The notes under the pieces: model-generated
The model's input: only the letters and a program-made list of their open reading frames with translations
Database searches by the model: none
Told to the model about the DNA's origin: nothing
DNA from: Patescibacteria group bacterium
GTDB lineage: Bacteria > Patescibacteriota > Minisyncoccia > UBA6257 > HR35
Length of the DNA: 32,000 nt
Direction of reading: 5' to 3'
Assembly: GCA_023480925.1 (NCBI GenBank)
Contig: JAMCWY010000019.1
Coordinates: 1 to 32,000 of the forward strand
Shown: one piece after another, positions 8,130 through 16,332 of the stretch
Numbering within the stretch: position 1 is the first letter of the stretch
Layout of the letters: the number at the start of each line of letters is the position of its first letter
Program-made: the position numbers and the translations under genes

Positions 8130-9569
8130 TCAACCCAAAATACTAGTTAAAAGAGCAACAATAGCCGAGGCGATCAAAAGAAGGAAGTAACCGACAACGG
8201 CGTATTTTATCCAACCGTGGCCTTTTCTAACATACTCTTCGCTCAAAGGTGTTAAGAGATAAACCAAACCGCCAATCGTGATTAAAAGGATCAGAAGAGG
8301 AACGGACAAACTGTTAAGAAAATGTTCGATTCTATAAAAAATAGATTGGGGCGTAACGCTGGCGTAACCGCTCGGGTTGGCTAAATTATTAAAAATCCCG
8401 CCGGGAAAAACAGTGATCGGAATTGATGATGTCGTCACGCTGACGCTGCCGCCGGAAAGCGCGTATGAAGAAATATTATTCATCGAGGTTTGGAGCTGAT
8501 TAGAAGCGTTGGTTACGTTCGTATTGGCGGCTTGTAAATTAGAATTAGCCTGGTCGCAGGCTGATAAGATTTCGCTATCAGTTGAATTCAAACTAGCCAA
8601 CTTATTTAAACAATTATCATAATTTCTAATCGCGGCCCTTAAACTATCAACCGATGTTATAGAAGCAGAAGTTTGATTAGTAGAAATTAATTCCTCTACG
8701 CCGCTGTTCATTTTTTCCAAATAAGCGTAAAGCGTATCGTAACAATAACCCGGCGAGGTAGATCCGCTTGGGCAAACGGCAACTTCAACGCCAGGAATAT
8801 TACTAGTGTTGTACACGACAGCGACACCAAAAGAAAGAAGATCTTTATAAAAACTATTATATAAAGTGCTAATCAGCTGATTCTCAAGGTTGTTTTGATT
8901 CACTCCCGCGCTGAGATTATTTCTTAAATTAAGCAACGCTTGTTTAAGTCGCGGGTTGCCTCTAACTCTGGTTTGAGCGTTTTGAATAATCGAATTCCAA
9001 CTATCAACTTCTAATAGCTGTACATTTGGAAAAGGGCTTGGAGTAGTGACACTAGTGATACCCAAAATTTTATTAGTCACGTCGCGGAACATCCTCAAGA
9101 CATCGATCAAGTAAAGTTGATAGGCGTTATCCGCTATTAAAGTATTCTCATTACTAGTTATCTTCTGCGCTATAATAAAATCACTGTCTTCTTTTCTCAC
9201 ACGATACGGGTCAAGCCCGTTTAAAAAATTATTAGCGAACTCAGCGACATAACACATCCGATAATAAACTGAATTTAAAGAACAATTATGATTGGTATAA
9301 TTCAGCGCCGGCGATGGCGTCCAACCGGTCATTAAATCACTCCGGTCGGTCGATGGAAAATAACCAGATGAATTTGGAAAATTCCTTTCAATAATATTGG
9401 TCAAATTAATAATATCATTATTTAGAGCCGTGTTTATATCTTGCTTGTAACCAGTCTCGATTTGTTGTTCAACGTCAGATCCTGATTGGGCCAAACTAAA
9501 ATGAGAACTTGGCCAAAACAACGAAAGCGCGGTACCAATCAGAACTAAAACCACAAATTTCTTTTTCAT
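8130..9569 (-). CDS. Pilin-hairpin paralogue P479: signal peptide, large N-terminal ectodomain, C-terminal two-TM hairpin
   Basis: ATG at 9569 overlaps the stop of the upstream gene (ATGA). The signal peptide is MKKKFVVLVLIGTALSLFWPSSHFSLAQ. The roughly 400-aa Asn/Ser-rich ectodomain has three Cys pairs (C-x9-C, C-x9-C, C-x17-C). The C-terminal hairpin is VPLLILLITIGGLVYLLTPLSEEYVRKGHGWIKYAVVGYFLLLIASAIVALL. Confidence 0.7.
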   Translation of the reverse strand: MKKKFVVLVLIGTALSLFWPSSHFSLAQSGSDVEQQIETGYKQDINTALNNDIINLTNIIERNFPNSSGYFPSTDRSDLMTGWTPSPALNYTNHNCSLNSVYYRMCYVAEFANNFLNGLDPYRVRKEDSDFIIAQKITSNENTLIADNAYQLYLIDVLRMFRDVTNKILGITSVTTPSPFPNVQLLEVDSWNSIIQNAQTRVRGNPRLKQALLNLRNNLSAGVNQNNLENQLISTLYNSFYKDLLSFGVAVVYNTSNIPGVEVAVCPSGSTSPGYCYDTLYAYLEKMNSGVEELISTNQTSASITSVDSLRAAIRNYDNCLNKLASLNSTDSEILSACDQANSNLQAANTNVTNASNQLQTSMNNISSYALSGGSVSVTTSSIPITVFPGGIFNNLANPSGYASVTPQSIFYRIEHFLNSLSVPLLILLITIGGLVYLLTPLSEEYVRKGHGWIKYAVVGYFLLLIASAIVALLTSILG

Positions 9570-10006
9570 TTGGCAATTGTCTTAATGACCGCCTCGATAA
9601 TAGCATAACCAAAAATGATCGCGAATCCGATCGTTGACCAGATCAGAATCGTCTTAGCCCATTTTAGCCAGCCGGAATTAAGAGTTTCGCCAAAAATCAA
9701 GTAGGCGCCGGCGACGACGATCGCCAATGAAAAAAGGACGGCCGCGACGATTCTTAACTTGCTCGCGATCGCGGTCATACAACTGATGATTTCATCCAAG
9801 GCCGTACTGCCCTGAAGGCAATTTGGTCCGTGCGCCGCGTTTCTAATCTGATCGTAAAAAACGTTTGGACTGCTTGGATTGGTTGTCGGCGCCGGGCTCG
9901 AACCGCTTGGCTGAAAATTTGAAGCTGTCTTAGCCAAAACAAAAACAGCCGAGCTAAACGCCAGAGCGAAAAAAAATAAAAACATAATTAAAAATATTTT
10001 TTTCAT
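9566..10006 (-). CDS. Pilin-hairpin paralogue P146 (VirB2/TrbC-like small membrane protein)
   Basis: ATG at 10006, 1 nt after the stop of P126. It has a signal peptide (IFLIMFLFFFALAFSSAVFVLA), a Pro/Ser-rich spacer and a C-x12-C loop. The hairpin is AAVLFSLAIVVAGAYLIFGETLNSGWLKWAKTILIWSTIGFAIIFGYAII. Confidence 0.65.
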   Translation of the reverse strand: MKKIFLIMFLFFFALAFSSAVFVLAKTASNFQPSGSSPAPTTNPSSPNVFYDQIRNAAHGPNCLQGSTALDEIISCMTAIASKLRIVAAVLFSLAIVVAGAYLIFGETLNSGWLKWAKTILIWSTIGFAIIFGYAIIEAVIKTIAK

Positions 10007-10007
10007 C

Positions 10008-10388
10008 TTATGGTCCGCCGGGCGGATGGAGGGTACCGCCGATAAATTGAAGAACTAAATCGAAAAAGATGCCGGCGAAGACAACGACAGCGTAACCAAT
10101 CAAAGCCTTAACCATCATACTTTTGCCTTTTTCGGCCGTACCTGGGTTAGCGCCGCCAAACATATACATAAAGGCGCCGATAACAACTAAAATGCTTACA
10201 AGAACAAAAGCTAAATCAAGCGTGATAAACCTAAGAACATTTCCGGTGGTCGCGATAACATTGGCCCAAGCGCAATCAACGCCAGTGCAGCTTTGATCAA
10301 CTAAAGGTAAGGCCGTTTGGGCGAAAACGCCGTAACCAAAACCAAAACCGACGATTGAAAATAAAAGCGAAATAATTAACACCTTCAT
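10008..10388 (-). CDS. Pilin-hairpin paralogue P126 (VirB2/TrbC-like small membrane protein)
   Basis: ATG at 10388 overlaps the TGA of the upstream SBP-like gene (ATGA). It has a signal peptide (VLIISLLFSIVGFGFGYGVFA) and a C-x4-C loop. The hairpin is LAFVLVSILVVIGAFMYMFGGANPGTAEKGKSMMVKALIGYAVVVFAGIFF. Confidence 0.65.
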   Translation of the reverse strand: MKVLIISLLFSIVGFGFGYGVFAQTALPLVDQSCTGVDCAWANVIATTGNVLRFITLDLAFVLVSILVVIGAFMYMFGGANPGTAEKGKSMMVKALIGYAVVVFAGIFFDLVLQFIGGTLHPPGGP

Positions 10389-11674
10389 CTTGTAAAAATC
10401 TGATTCAATTGGGTTGACCCGATCAAATATCCTGTTTCTTGCTTATTCGTGATCCAGTTGGAAAAATCGCTTGGCAAAATTTGTTTAAGAAAATCTAGAT
10501 TCCAATTGGAAAAACTTTCGCCGGCGATAATTTCGTTAAAAACGATCTTCTCGTCGCCGCTTAAATTTTGGGCCAAACTCAGTTTAAGCGGCAAAATATT
10601 AGCCTGCTTGGTTAAATCGCCGTAACTTTTATCCAGCTGCGTTAAAAGAATTTTCATCGCCGCCAGTTTCACCGGTTTTATTTTAGGCAAGGCAAAGTAA
10701 TAAACTTTCAAAAAATTTGTTTTGAGCGGATAAGCTTGAAAATGCGGGAACGGCGCGATGGCGAAATTTAAACGCGGGTTGAAACCGGTAATTTGGTCTT
10801 TAACCGAATAATAATCAAAAATCAAGGCGACTTTGTTCTGGCTGAATAATTTTAAATCATTGTCCATATTCTCGTTCCAAGAATAATCGTTTGAATTTTG
10901 ATTAGCGAACTGAGTGTAAAAATCAAAAGCCTGACCCAAGCTTTTCATTAACTCGACGCTGTTGTAATTTTGGCCATTAAAGTTAACGCCGCCGATCATT
11001 TTCGCAATCGCGGCAAAAATCTCAGCCGAGTGATCAATATTATTGGCCGCGCCCAGGGCGACCGGGGCTAAATTAAAATTGCCGCTCGAATCTTTTTTCC
11101 TTAATTCCGGCACGATGCCGGTAATCGCTTCGAACGTCGCCGGCGGTTGGCTTAGACCAATCGAGTTGAAATAATCAACGTTCCAAAAAGAAACAAGAGC
11201 GTCGGCCGTGACCGGATAAAGACCGGGATTTTGAACGATAAATTTTTTGACGCCGTCGGGATAATTATTAGTATCCAAAGGCAAGCCGGCTAAACTGCTT
11301 TCAAAGATATTTTTATTGTCTGAATAATAACGACCGCTGACGTAAACCAAATCGGGCGGGTTGTTGGCCGCGGCCAAACTTGAAACCAAATCGGCCTCAA
11401 TCTGACTTTCCGATTTCTGAACCAAATTTAACACAATACAATAACCACGTAATGACTGGCTCAGTTTGCCAAAGGCGGAATAATTAAAAGGCGACCAAAT
11501 CGTGAAAGTTTGATTGTAGCAAGTAGTCGGATGACTGCCGCCGTTGGCGGTCGGCTTGCTTTTCGAAGCCAGTGAATGAAAAAGCCAAAAAATAATAATC
11601 AGACCAACGACAATCCCGCCGATAACCAACTGAAAATTTCGATCTGATTTTAATCTTTCCAAAAAATCCGACAT
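10385..11674 (-). CDS. Membrane-anchored extracellular solute-binding-protein-like protein (SBP family 1-like), orphan
   Basis: The start is placed at ATG 11674 (MSDFLERL...); the ORF track start at 11692 is a TTG. It has an N-terminal TM anchor (LVIGGIVVGLIIIFWLF). The mature part has the layout of sugar-type ABC substrate-binding proteins (TFTIW..., NNPPDLVYVS, SFWNVDYFNSIGLSQPPATFEAI, KVALIFDYY). No permease or ATPase gene is adjacent. Confidence 0.5.
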   Translation of the reverse strand: MSDFLERLKSDRNFQLVIGGIVVGLIIIFWLFHSLASKSKPTANGGSHPTTCYNQTFTIWSPFNYSAFGKLSQSLRGYCIVLNLVQKSESQIEADLVSSLAAANNPPDLVYVSGRYYSDNKNIFESSLAGLPLDTNNYPDGVKKFIVQNPGLYPVTADALVSFWNVDYFNSIGLSQPPATFEAITGIVPELRKKDSSGNFNLAPVALGAANNIDHSAEIFAAIAKMIGGVNFNGQNYNSVELMKSLGQAFDFYTQFANQNSNDYSWNENMDNDLKLFSQNKVALIFDYYSVKDQITGFNPRLNFAIAPFPHFQAYPLKTNFLKVYYFALPKIKPVKLAAMKILLTQLDKSYGDLTKQANILPLKLSLAQNLSGDEKIVFNEIIAGESFSNWNLDFLKQILPSDFSNWITNKQETGYLIGSTQLNQIFTR

Positions 11675-11706
11675 TCTTTTATTATATTCCAAACCAAAGT
11701 TTAAAA

Positions 11707-12255
11707 TTAATTTTCAACCTGACCGGCAAAAAGATGATAACCGTCGAAATTTTCAGCCGCGATTAAACTAAACCCGGCCTGAGCCAGCCAAGCTTTAATC
11801 TGGTCGGCGGAAACCACATTATAGTCATTAGTCTGGCTGAACGGCTTAAGAAAAGGATGAACCTGGTCTGGTTCGACCAAAACAACATAGCCTTTCCGGC
11901 GCAAAACCCTCTTCGCCTCGTCGATAATTCGTTTATCCGCCTCAGCGTGGTTTTGAAATAAAACCTGACTGATAAAAACAAGATCAACGCTCTCGCTTAA
12001 TAAATTCGTCCGCTCCAGATTAACAAGAGCGCAATTAATATTATTTAAATTTAAAACCTCGGCCAACTCTTTTGTCTCTTTAACCGCCTCGGCCGAAAAA
12101 TCCAAAGCAAAAACCTGGCCGTCCGGACCGACCGTCTGAGCTAAAAGAGCGCTGAAATAACCGCCACCGCAACCAAAATCAGCGACCCGAAAACCTTTAA
12201 CGAGAATCAAATGTTTGGTTAAAAAATCGATTACCCTATTGGGTTTTAAGAACAT
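11707..12255 (-). CDS. Class I SAM-dependent methyltransferase
   Basis: ATG at 12255. It has the motif I sequence [11 protein letters not shown], an acidic post-I residue (VFALDFS), and DLVFISQVL / GYVVLVE motifs. It overlaps the gyrA 3' end by 20 nt. Confidence 0.75.
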   Translation of the reverse strand: MFLKPNRVIDFLTKHLILVKGFRVADFGCGGGYFSALLAQTVGPDGQVFALDFSAEAVKETKELAEVLNLNNINCALVNLERTNLLSESVDLVFISQVLFQNHAEADKRIIDEAKRVLRRKGYVVLVEPDQVHPFLKPFSQTNDYNVVSADQIKAWLAQAGFSLIAAENFDGYHLFAGQVEN

Positions 12256-14575
12256 TGATTTTTTTGATTTTACCGATAAGTTTCTTTGGTTGGTTGACTC
12301 GTTTTAACAAGGGCAGATCTTTAACCGTTAAGGTTGAAATTTTGTCGTCAATAGCCAAAAGCTGATCTTCTTTGGAAAGAACTTGACTAAATATAAGTTT
12401 ACCAATTTTTTCACCCGGTTCAAAAACTTTTATACCAAGGCCGCCGCGACGTTGGAGTTTGATCTCGTCTAAATCAATCTTTTTGACAAAGCCCTGATCG
12501 AAAACCAAAACCAGTTCTTTGTTGGTCCGAACGACTAAATCGAAAACTTCATCATCCTTTAATTTAATCATCTTAACGCCCGCGGCTGATCGCGTCTGAC
12601 CGGTCAAATCGTCTTTAAAAGAAAGAGCGAAACCGGCTCGCGTCAGCAGAATTAAATCGCCTTGGTTATAAGTCGCGACCGCGGCAACCTCATCGTTCTT
12701 TTTTAACTTGATAATTTGCAAACCGGTTTTCTTTTGAGAGAGACAATCGGCGATGGCGATCTTCTTGCCTAAACCGTTTTTCGTCGCTAAAAATAAAAAT
12801 CTGTCTGACCGCTCGACTTTAAATGTTTTTAAGATCTGGTCGTTATGATTGAGACTGATTTCCGCTTCAAGATACTTTTGGTTCTGATAAAAGTTATAAA
12901 TTGGCACTTGGTAAATCCTACCCTTCTTCGTTAAAAGCCAAAGTTTTTCTGTTGTTCGAGCTAAAATAATCTGGCCAAAATTATCTTTTTCTTTGGTCAA
13001 CTTTTCCACGGGCGTACCGATTGGAAAAGTTGAAACGTATTCCTTGGCGTCGATAAAAACAAGAACGTCCTCGTCGGCGATCGATTCGGCTTCGGTTTCT
13101 TCTTCTAATTTTTCATTGACAATTTCGGTCCGACGCTCATCGCCGTATTTTGTTTTGATTTCTTCAATTTCTTTTTTTAAAACACCCTCGAGCTTTTTTC
13201 GGCTGGCCAAAATTTCTTCCAATTCTTTTTGAAGTTTTAATTTTTCTTTTAGCTCGGTTTCAATTTTTAGTTTTTCCAAATTGGTTAACGTCCGCAAGGG
13301 CATCTCTAAAATACTTTCGGCTTGCCGTTCGGATAAACTTAAATTCTTGATCAATTTCGATTTCGCCTCGTCTTTATCTTTTGAATTCCGAATTAACCGA
13401 ATGACCAAATCAATTTTATCTAAGGCTTTTTTAAACCCCTCGAGGAGATGAATTCGATCTTTAACCTTTTCCAATTCGAATTTCGTCCGACGCGTGATCA
13501 CTTCTTTCCGGTGATCGAGCCATTCCAACAAAATCGACTTCAAATCGTAAAGTTTCGGTTGAACGCCGTGTTCAAGCGCGACCAAGTTAATCGAAAAATT
13601 TTTTTGGAAATCGGTCAAACGGTAAAGTTTTTCCACCACGGCCGCGGCCTGATTTTCTCGCAACTCGATCACGACCCGAACACCCTCCTTGTTCGACTCA
13701 TCCCGAACATCTTTGATTTGAGGCAAAGTTTTAGCCAAAGAAAGTTCGGCAATTTGGCGAACCAACTCAGCCTTATTAACCTGATAGGGCAATTCAATCA
13801 GAACAACCCGCTCATCCCCGCGTTTGTTTTGTTCAATTTTATATCGACCCCGAATAACAATTCGACCGCGGCCGGTTTGATAAACTTCGGCCAAACGCTC
13901 GCGGTCGTAAATAATTCCGGCTGAAGGAAAATCCGGTCCTTGAATTAATTTCAAAATTTCTTTAAGCGAACCATTTTGATTGTCAACTAAAAAAGTCAGA
14001 GCCGAGCAAACTTCTTTTAAGTTATGAGGCGGAATGTTCGTCGTCATGCCAACGGCGATACCGAGGTTGCCGTTGACGATTAGATTGGGAATTTTCGCTG
14101 GCAGGACCTTTGGTTCCTTTTTAGTGTTATCGTAGTTGGGCATAAAATCAACCGTCTCTTTATCCAACTCCGTAATCATCTCTTCGGCAATCTCGGTTAG
14201 ACGCGCTTCGGTGTAGCGGTAAGCCGCGGCCGGATCGCCGTCAATCGAACCAAAATTGCCCTGGCCGTCAACGAGCGGGGAACGGAGAGAGAAATCTTGG
14301 GCTAAACGAACGAGAGTCTCATAAGTGGCCGCGTCGCCGTGGGGATGATACTTGCCTAAAACATCGCCGACGATCCGAGCGCACTTCATGTATTTGGCAT
14401 TATGGTCCAGACCCAACTCTTTCATCACAAACAGAATTCGACGCTGGACCGGTTTGAGGCCGTCGCGAGCGTCGGGAATAGCCCGGCTGACAATAACGCT
14501 TAAAGCGTAATCAAGATAAGAAGTTTTTAATTCGTTTGTGATTTCCGATTGGATAATTTTTTCTTTCATCGCCAT
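12236..14575 (-). CDS. gyrA: DNA gyrase subunit A
   Basis: 779 aa. It has [18 protein letters not shown], the QRDR-equivalent [21 protein letters not shown], the catalytic Tyr context [10 protein letters not shown], and a C-terminal beta-pinwheel-like repeat region. Confidence 0.95.
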   Translation of the reverse strand: MAMKEKIIQSEITNELKTSYLDYALSVIVSRAIPDARDGLKPVQRRILFVMKELGLDHNAKYMKCARIVGDVLGKYHPHGDAATYETLVRLAQDFSLRSPLVDGQGNFGSIDGDPAAAYRYTEARLTEIAEEMITELDKETVDFMPNYDNTKKEPKVLPAKIPNLIVNGNLGIAVGMTTNIPPHNLKEVCSALTFLVDNQNGSLKEILKLIQGPDFPSAGIIYDRERLAEVYQTGRGRIVIRGRYKIEQNKRGDERVVLIELPYQVNKAELVRQIAELSLAKTLPQIKDVRDESNKEGVRVVIELRENQAAAVVEKLYRLTDFQKNFSINLVALEHGVQPKLYDLKSILLEWLDHRKEVITRRTKFELEKVKDRIHLLEGFKKALDKIDLVIRLIRNSKDKDEAKSKLIKNLSLSERQAESILEMPLRTLTNLEKLKIETELKEKLKLQKELEEILASRKKLEGVLKKEIEEIKTKYGDERRTEIVNEKLEEETEAESIADEDVLVFIDAKEYVSTFPIGTPVEKLTKEKDNFGQIILARTTEKLWLLTKKGRIYQVPIYNFYQNQKYLEAEISLNHNDQILKTFKVERSDRFLFLATKNGLGKKIAIADCLSQKKTGLQIIKLKKNDEVAAVATYNQGDLILLTRAGFALSFKDDLTGQTRSAAGVKMIKLKDDEVFDLVVRTNKELVLVFDQGFVKKIDLDEIKLQRRGGLGIKVFEPGEKIGKLIFSQVLSKEDQLLAIDDKISTLTVKDLPLLKRVNQPKKLIGKIKKINVLKTQ

Positions 14576-14646
14576 AAATTAAATAATCAAAATTTAATCT
14601 CGCTTCAAGTTTTAATCACGACCAAGACGTTACCACAATCGCTTCA

Positions 14647-14856
14647 TTAACGGCCGGAGCCGATACTTGAAACGATGTTAAAAATATTAGCCATTCCGCT
14701 CTTGAGGGCGTTGGCCGTGCCAACAACAATGACCTCAGCCGGTGATGGTTTGGGCGCCAGAAACGGCAACAAGTCACCGCCCTGAAACCACCAGAGAAAA
14801 ACAATGATGGCAAAAAGGGCGAGACTGTAACGAAAGGCGGTATATTTGTTTTTCAT
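14647..14856 (-). CDS. Hypothetical small single-pass membrane protein (69 aa)
   Basis: An ATG ORF with one hydrophobic helix (YSLALFAIIVFLWWF), lying between the hypothetical gene and gyrA. No recognisable family. A competing overlapping ORF (14616-14813) makes the call uncertain. Confidence 0.3.
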   Translation of the reverse strand: MKNKYTAFRYSLALFAIIVFLWWFQGGDLLPFLAPKPSPAEVIVVGTANALKSGMANIFNIVSSIGSGR

Positions 14857-14866
14857 TTTTTTTAAC

Positions 14867-15382
14867 TTAATGCATTAAATAAAATGCCGGCGCGATTTTT
14901 TTTGAATTAATTTTAACTTCATTTGTTTTTTCCCGTTTTAAATCCAAAGCCCTGCTTCTGTCGCTAAAGCCGATCCAAACAAGCGGCTTAAAGTACGATT
15001 TAATTTTACTGATCGAACCGGCCGATAGTTCCTTAAAAAGAACGACGTCGATTTTTTCAAACTCGAGACTGATTTCTTTTAAAACCGCGTCGCTTATATC
15101 GGTCGGGCAATAAAGATAATTTAAACCCTCGTTGTCCCTGATGATGAAAAAAAGTTTTTTCGCTTCGGCTGATTTCAATTTGGATTGAAGAAAAGCTTGA
15201 AAATAAAAATTGCCCGCTTCGTACTGGCCGGTCAAGTTGAAAATCCTGCCATCGTTTATATTTCTTTCCCAGTCGGTCAGAATGTTCACGCCCGCTTCAA
15301 CTCTGTTCGGATCGAGATAAACTTTGGCCGTCTTATCATAACTCAGGACAAATTTATTTTCGGGAGTTTTTTTAATTATCAT
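14867..15382 (-). CDS. Hypothetical soluble protein (171 aa)
   Basis: The start is placed at ATG 15382 (MIIKKTPENKF...). The extension to 15421 in the ORF track covers a TGTTATAAT promoter motif. No family recognised. Confidence 0.5.
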   Translation of the reverse strand: MIIKKTPENKFVLSYDKTAKVYLDPNRVEAGVNILTDWERNINDGRIFNLTGQYEAGNFYFQAFLQSKLKSAEAKKLFFIIRDNEGLNYLYCPTDISDAVLKEISLEFEKIDVVLFKELSAGSISKIKSYFKPLVWIGFSDRSRALDLKREKTNEVKINSKKIAPAFYLMH

Positions 15383-15404
15383 CTTGCCTTGATTGATTTT
15401 TAAT

Positions 15405-15413
15405 ATTATAACA
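15405..15413 (-). promoter_or_regulatory. Extended -10 promoter element TGTTATAAT for the 171-aa hypothetical gene
   Basis: The - strand reads ttcgaccaagagttgatttaTGTTATAATatt, with TTCGAC 17 nt upstream as a -35 candidate. The ATG is 22 nt downstream of the hexamer. Confidence 0.5.
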
Positions 15414-15555
15414 TAAATCAACTCTTGGTCGAATGAGACGAAACAGCCGTGGTCAAAACGGCTCGCCCGAACCGTTTATTGCCAGTTTAAGTTTGTTTCC
15501 AAAAAATAAATAAAAACAACGCGTCTTTCCGCGAACTGATTCAAATAGATTCGTT

Positions 15556-15561
15556 TACAAT
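15556..15561 (+). promoter_or_regulatory. -10-like hexamer TACAAT 8 nt upstream of the CofE-like ATG (possible leaderless start)
   Basis: The sequence gtttTACAATagaagttaATGgag. There is no Shine-Dalgarno sequence between hexamer and ATG. Confidence 0.35.
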
Positions 15562-15569
15562 AGAAGTTA

Positions 15570-16277
15570 ATGGAGATAATTCCGATCAAGACAAGAATTT
15601 TCAAAGAAAGCGACGATTTGTTCGGTTTTCTCCGCGCCAATCTTCCGTTATTGAAATCGGGCGATATCGTTGTCGTGACTTCAAAAATCGTGGCCCTGGC
15701 CCAAGGCCGAACCGTCCTATTTTCGCCTAAAGAAAAATATAAGTGGATAAAAAAAGAAAGCGACCAAATTATTAAAACACCCTGGGCTTATCTGACTCTC
15801 AGAGAAAAACGTTGGTGCGTTAGCGCCGGTATCGATGAATCTAACGGCCGGGGCCGATTAATTTTTTTACCCAATGCCCCATTTAGCGTGGCCAAAAATC
15901 TTCAAAAGAAATTAAAAAAATTTTATGGCCTAAAAAAAATCGGCGTTCTGATCACGGACACTCGGAGCACGCCCTTGCGGGCGGGGGTGATCGGTTCAAC
16001 TCTGGCCTACTTTGGTTTCTCGCCCATGAAAGACTACGTTGGTAAAAAAGATTTATTTGGCAGAAAGTTTAAATTTGTCAAAAGTAATATTGTTGATGCC
16101 TTAGCCGCGGCGGCGGGCGTAACGATGGGCGAAGGAGCGGAACGAAAACCAATTGCCGTTATCCGAAATGCCAATGTTTATTTTACTCAAAAAAAACAAT
16201 CTTTGGCAAAAGTTTTGATTAGACCCGAAAAAGATCTCTACCGATTTATTTACCGCCGAATTCGATCAACATCTTAA
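15570..16277 (+). CDS. F420-0:gamma-glutamyl ligase (CofE)-family protein
   Basis: 235 aa. It has GDIVVVTSKIVALAQGR, SAGIDESN, GVLITDTRSTPLRAGVIGSTLAYFG and VDALAAAAGVTMGEGAERKPIAVIR, which match the conserved layout of the F420_ligase/CofE fold. Confidence 0.7.
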   Translation: MEIIPIKTRIFKESDDLFGFLRANLPLLKSGDIVVVTSKIVALAQGRTVLFSPKEKYKWIKKESDQIIKTPWAYLTLREKRWCVSAGIDESNGRGRLIFLPNAPFSVAKNLQKKLKKFYGLKKIGVLITDTRSTPLRAGVIGSTLAYFGFSPMKDYVGKKDLFGRKFKFVKSNIVDALAAAAGVTMGEGAERKPIAVIRNANVYFTQKKQSLAKVLIRPEKDLYRFIYRRIRSTS

Positions 16278-16332
16278 TCAGCCGTATTATTTTCGTCCAA
16301 TCAATAAAATCCTATTTTAAAAAAGAAAAACA

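Noticed and set aside
4556-11674. Possibility that the pilin-like array is the target of a diversity-generating retroelement
   Set aside because: No reverse-transcriptase ORF is present. I found no template/variable repeat pair with A-specific mismatches in the window. The only long nucleotide identity (22 nt, 7214/7676) lies in the conserved helix, not in a variable region.
13448-13924. 158-aa + strand ORF, with similar antisense ORFs at 122-322, 267-575, 1074-1298, 2127-2309, 2186-2623, 2804-3091, 11763-11987, 12993-13232, 17784-18074, 19262-19477, 19674-19856, 22860-23060, 24248-24448, 25550-25750, 25805-26038, 27492-27713, 28167-28379, 28958-29230, 29555-29851, 30085-30279, 30296-30481, 30682-30894 and 31730-31930
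   Set aside because: All lie entirely inside, and antisense to, ORFs with strong family signatures (gyrA, nrdJ, ftsH, dnaK, grpE and others). Their translations are low-complexity or Arg/Ser-rich with no recognisable motifs. They are typical shadow ORFs.
15383-15421. N-terminal extensions in the ORF track that use upstream TTG or ATG codons: 15383-15421, 7440-7466, 11675-11692, 21572-21574, 23554-23556, 30648-30689 and 31075-31092
   Set aside because: The extensions either cover promoter motifs, overlap the preceding gene, or precede an ATG that yields an N-terminus matching the paralogues or family (MKK..., MAGLIKWDPF, MVEVDL). Downstream ATG starts were preferred. This remains unproven without TSS or proteomic data.
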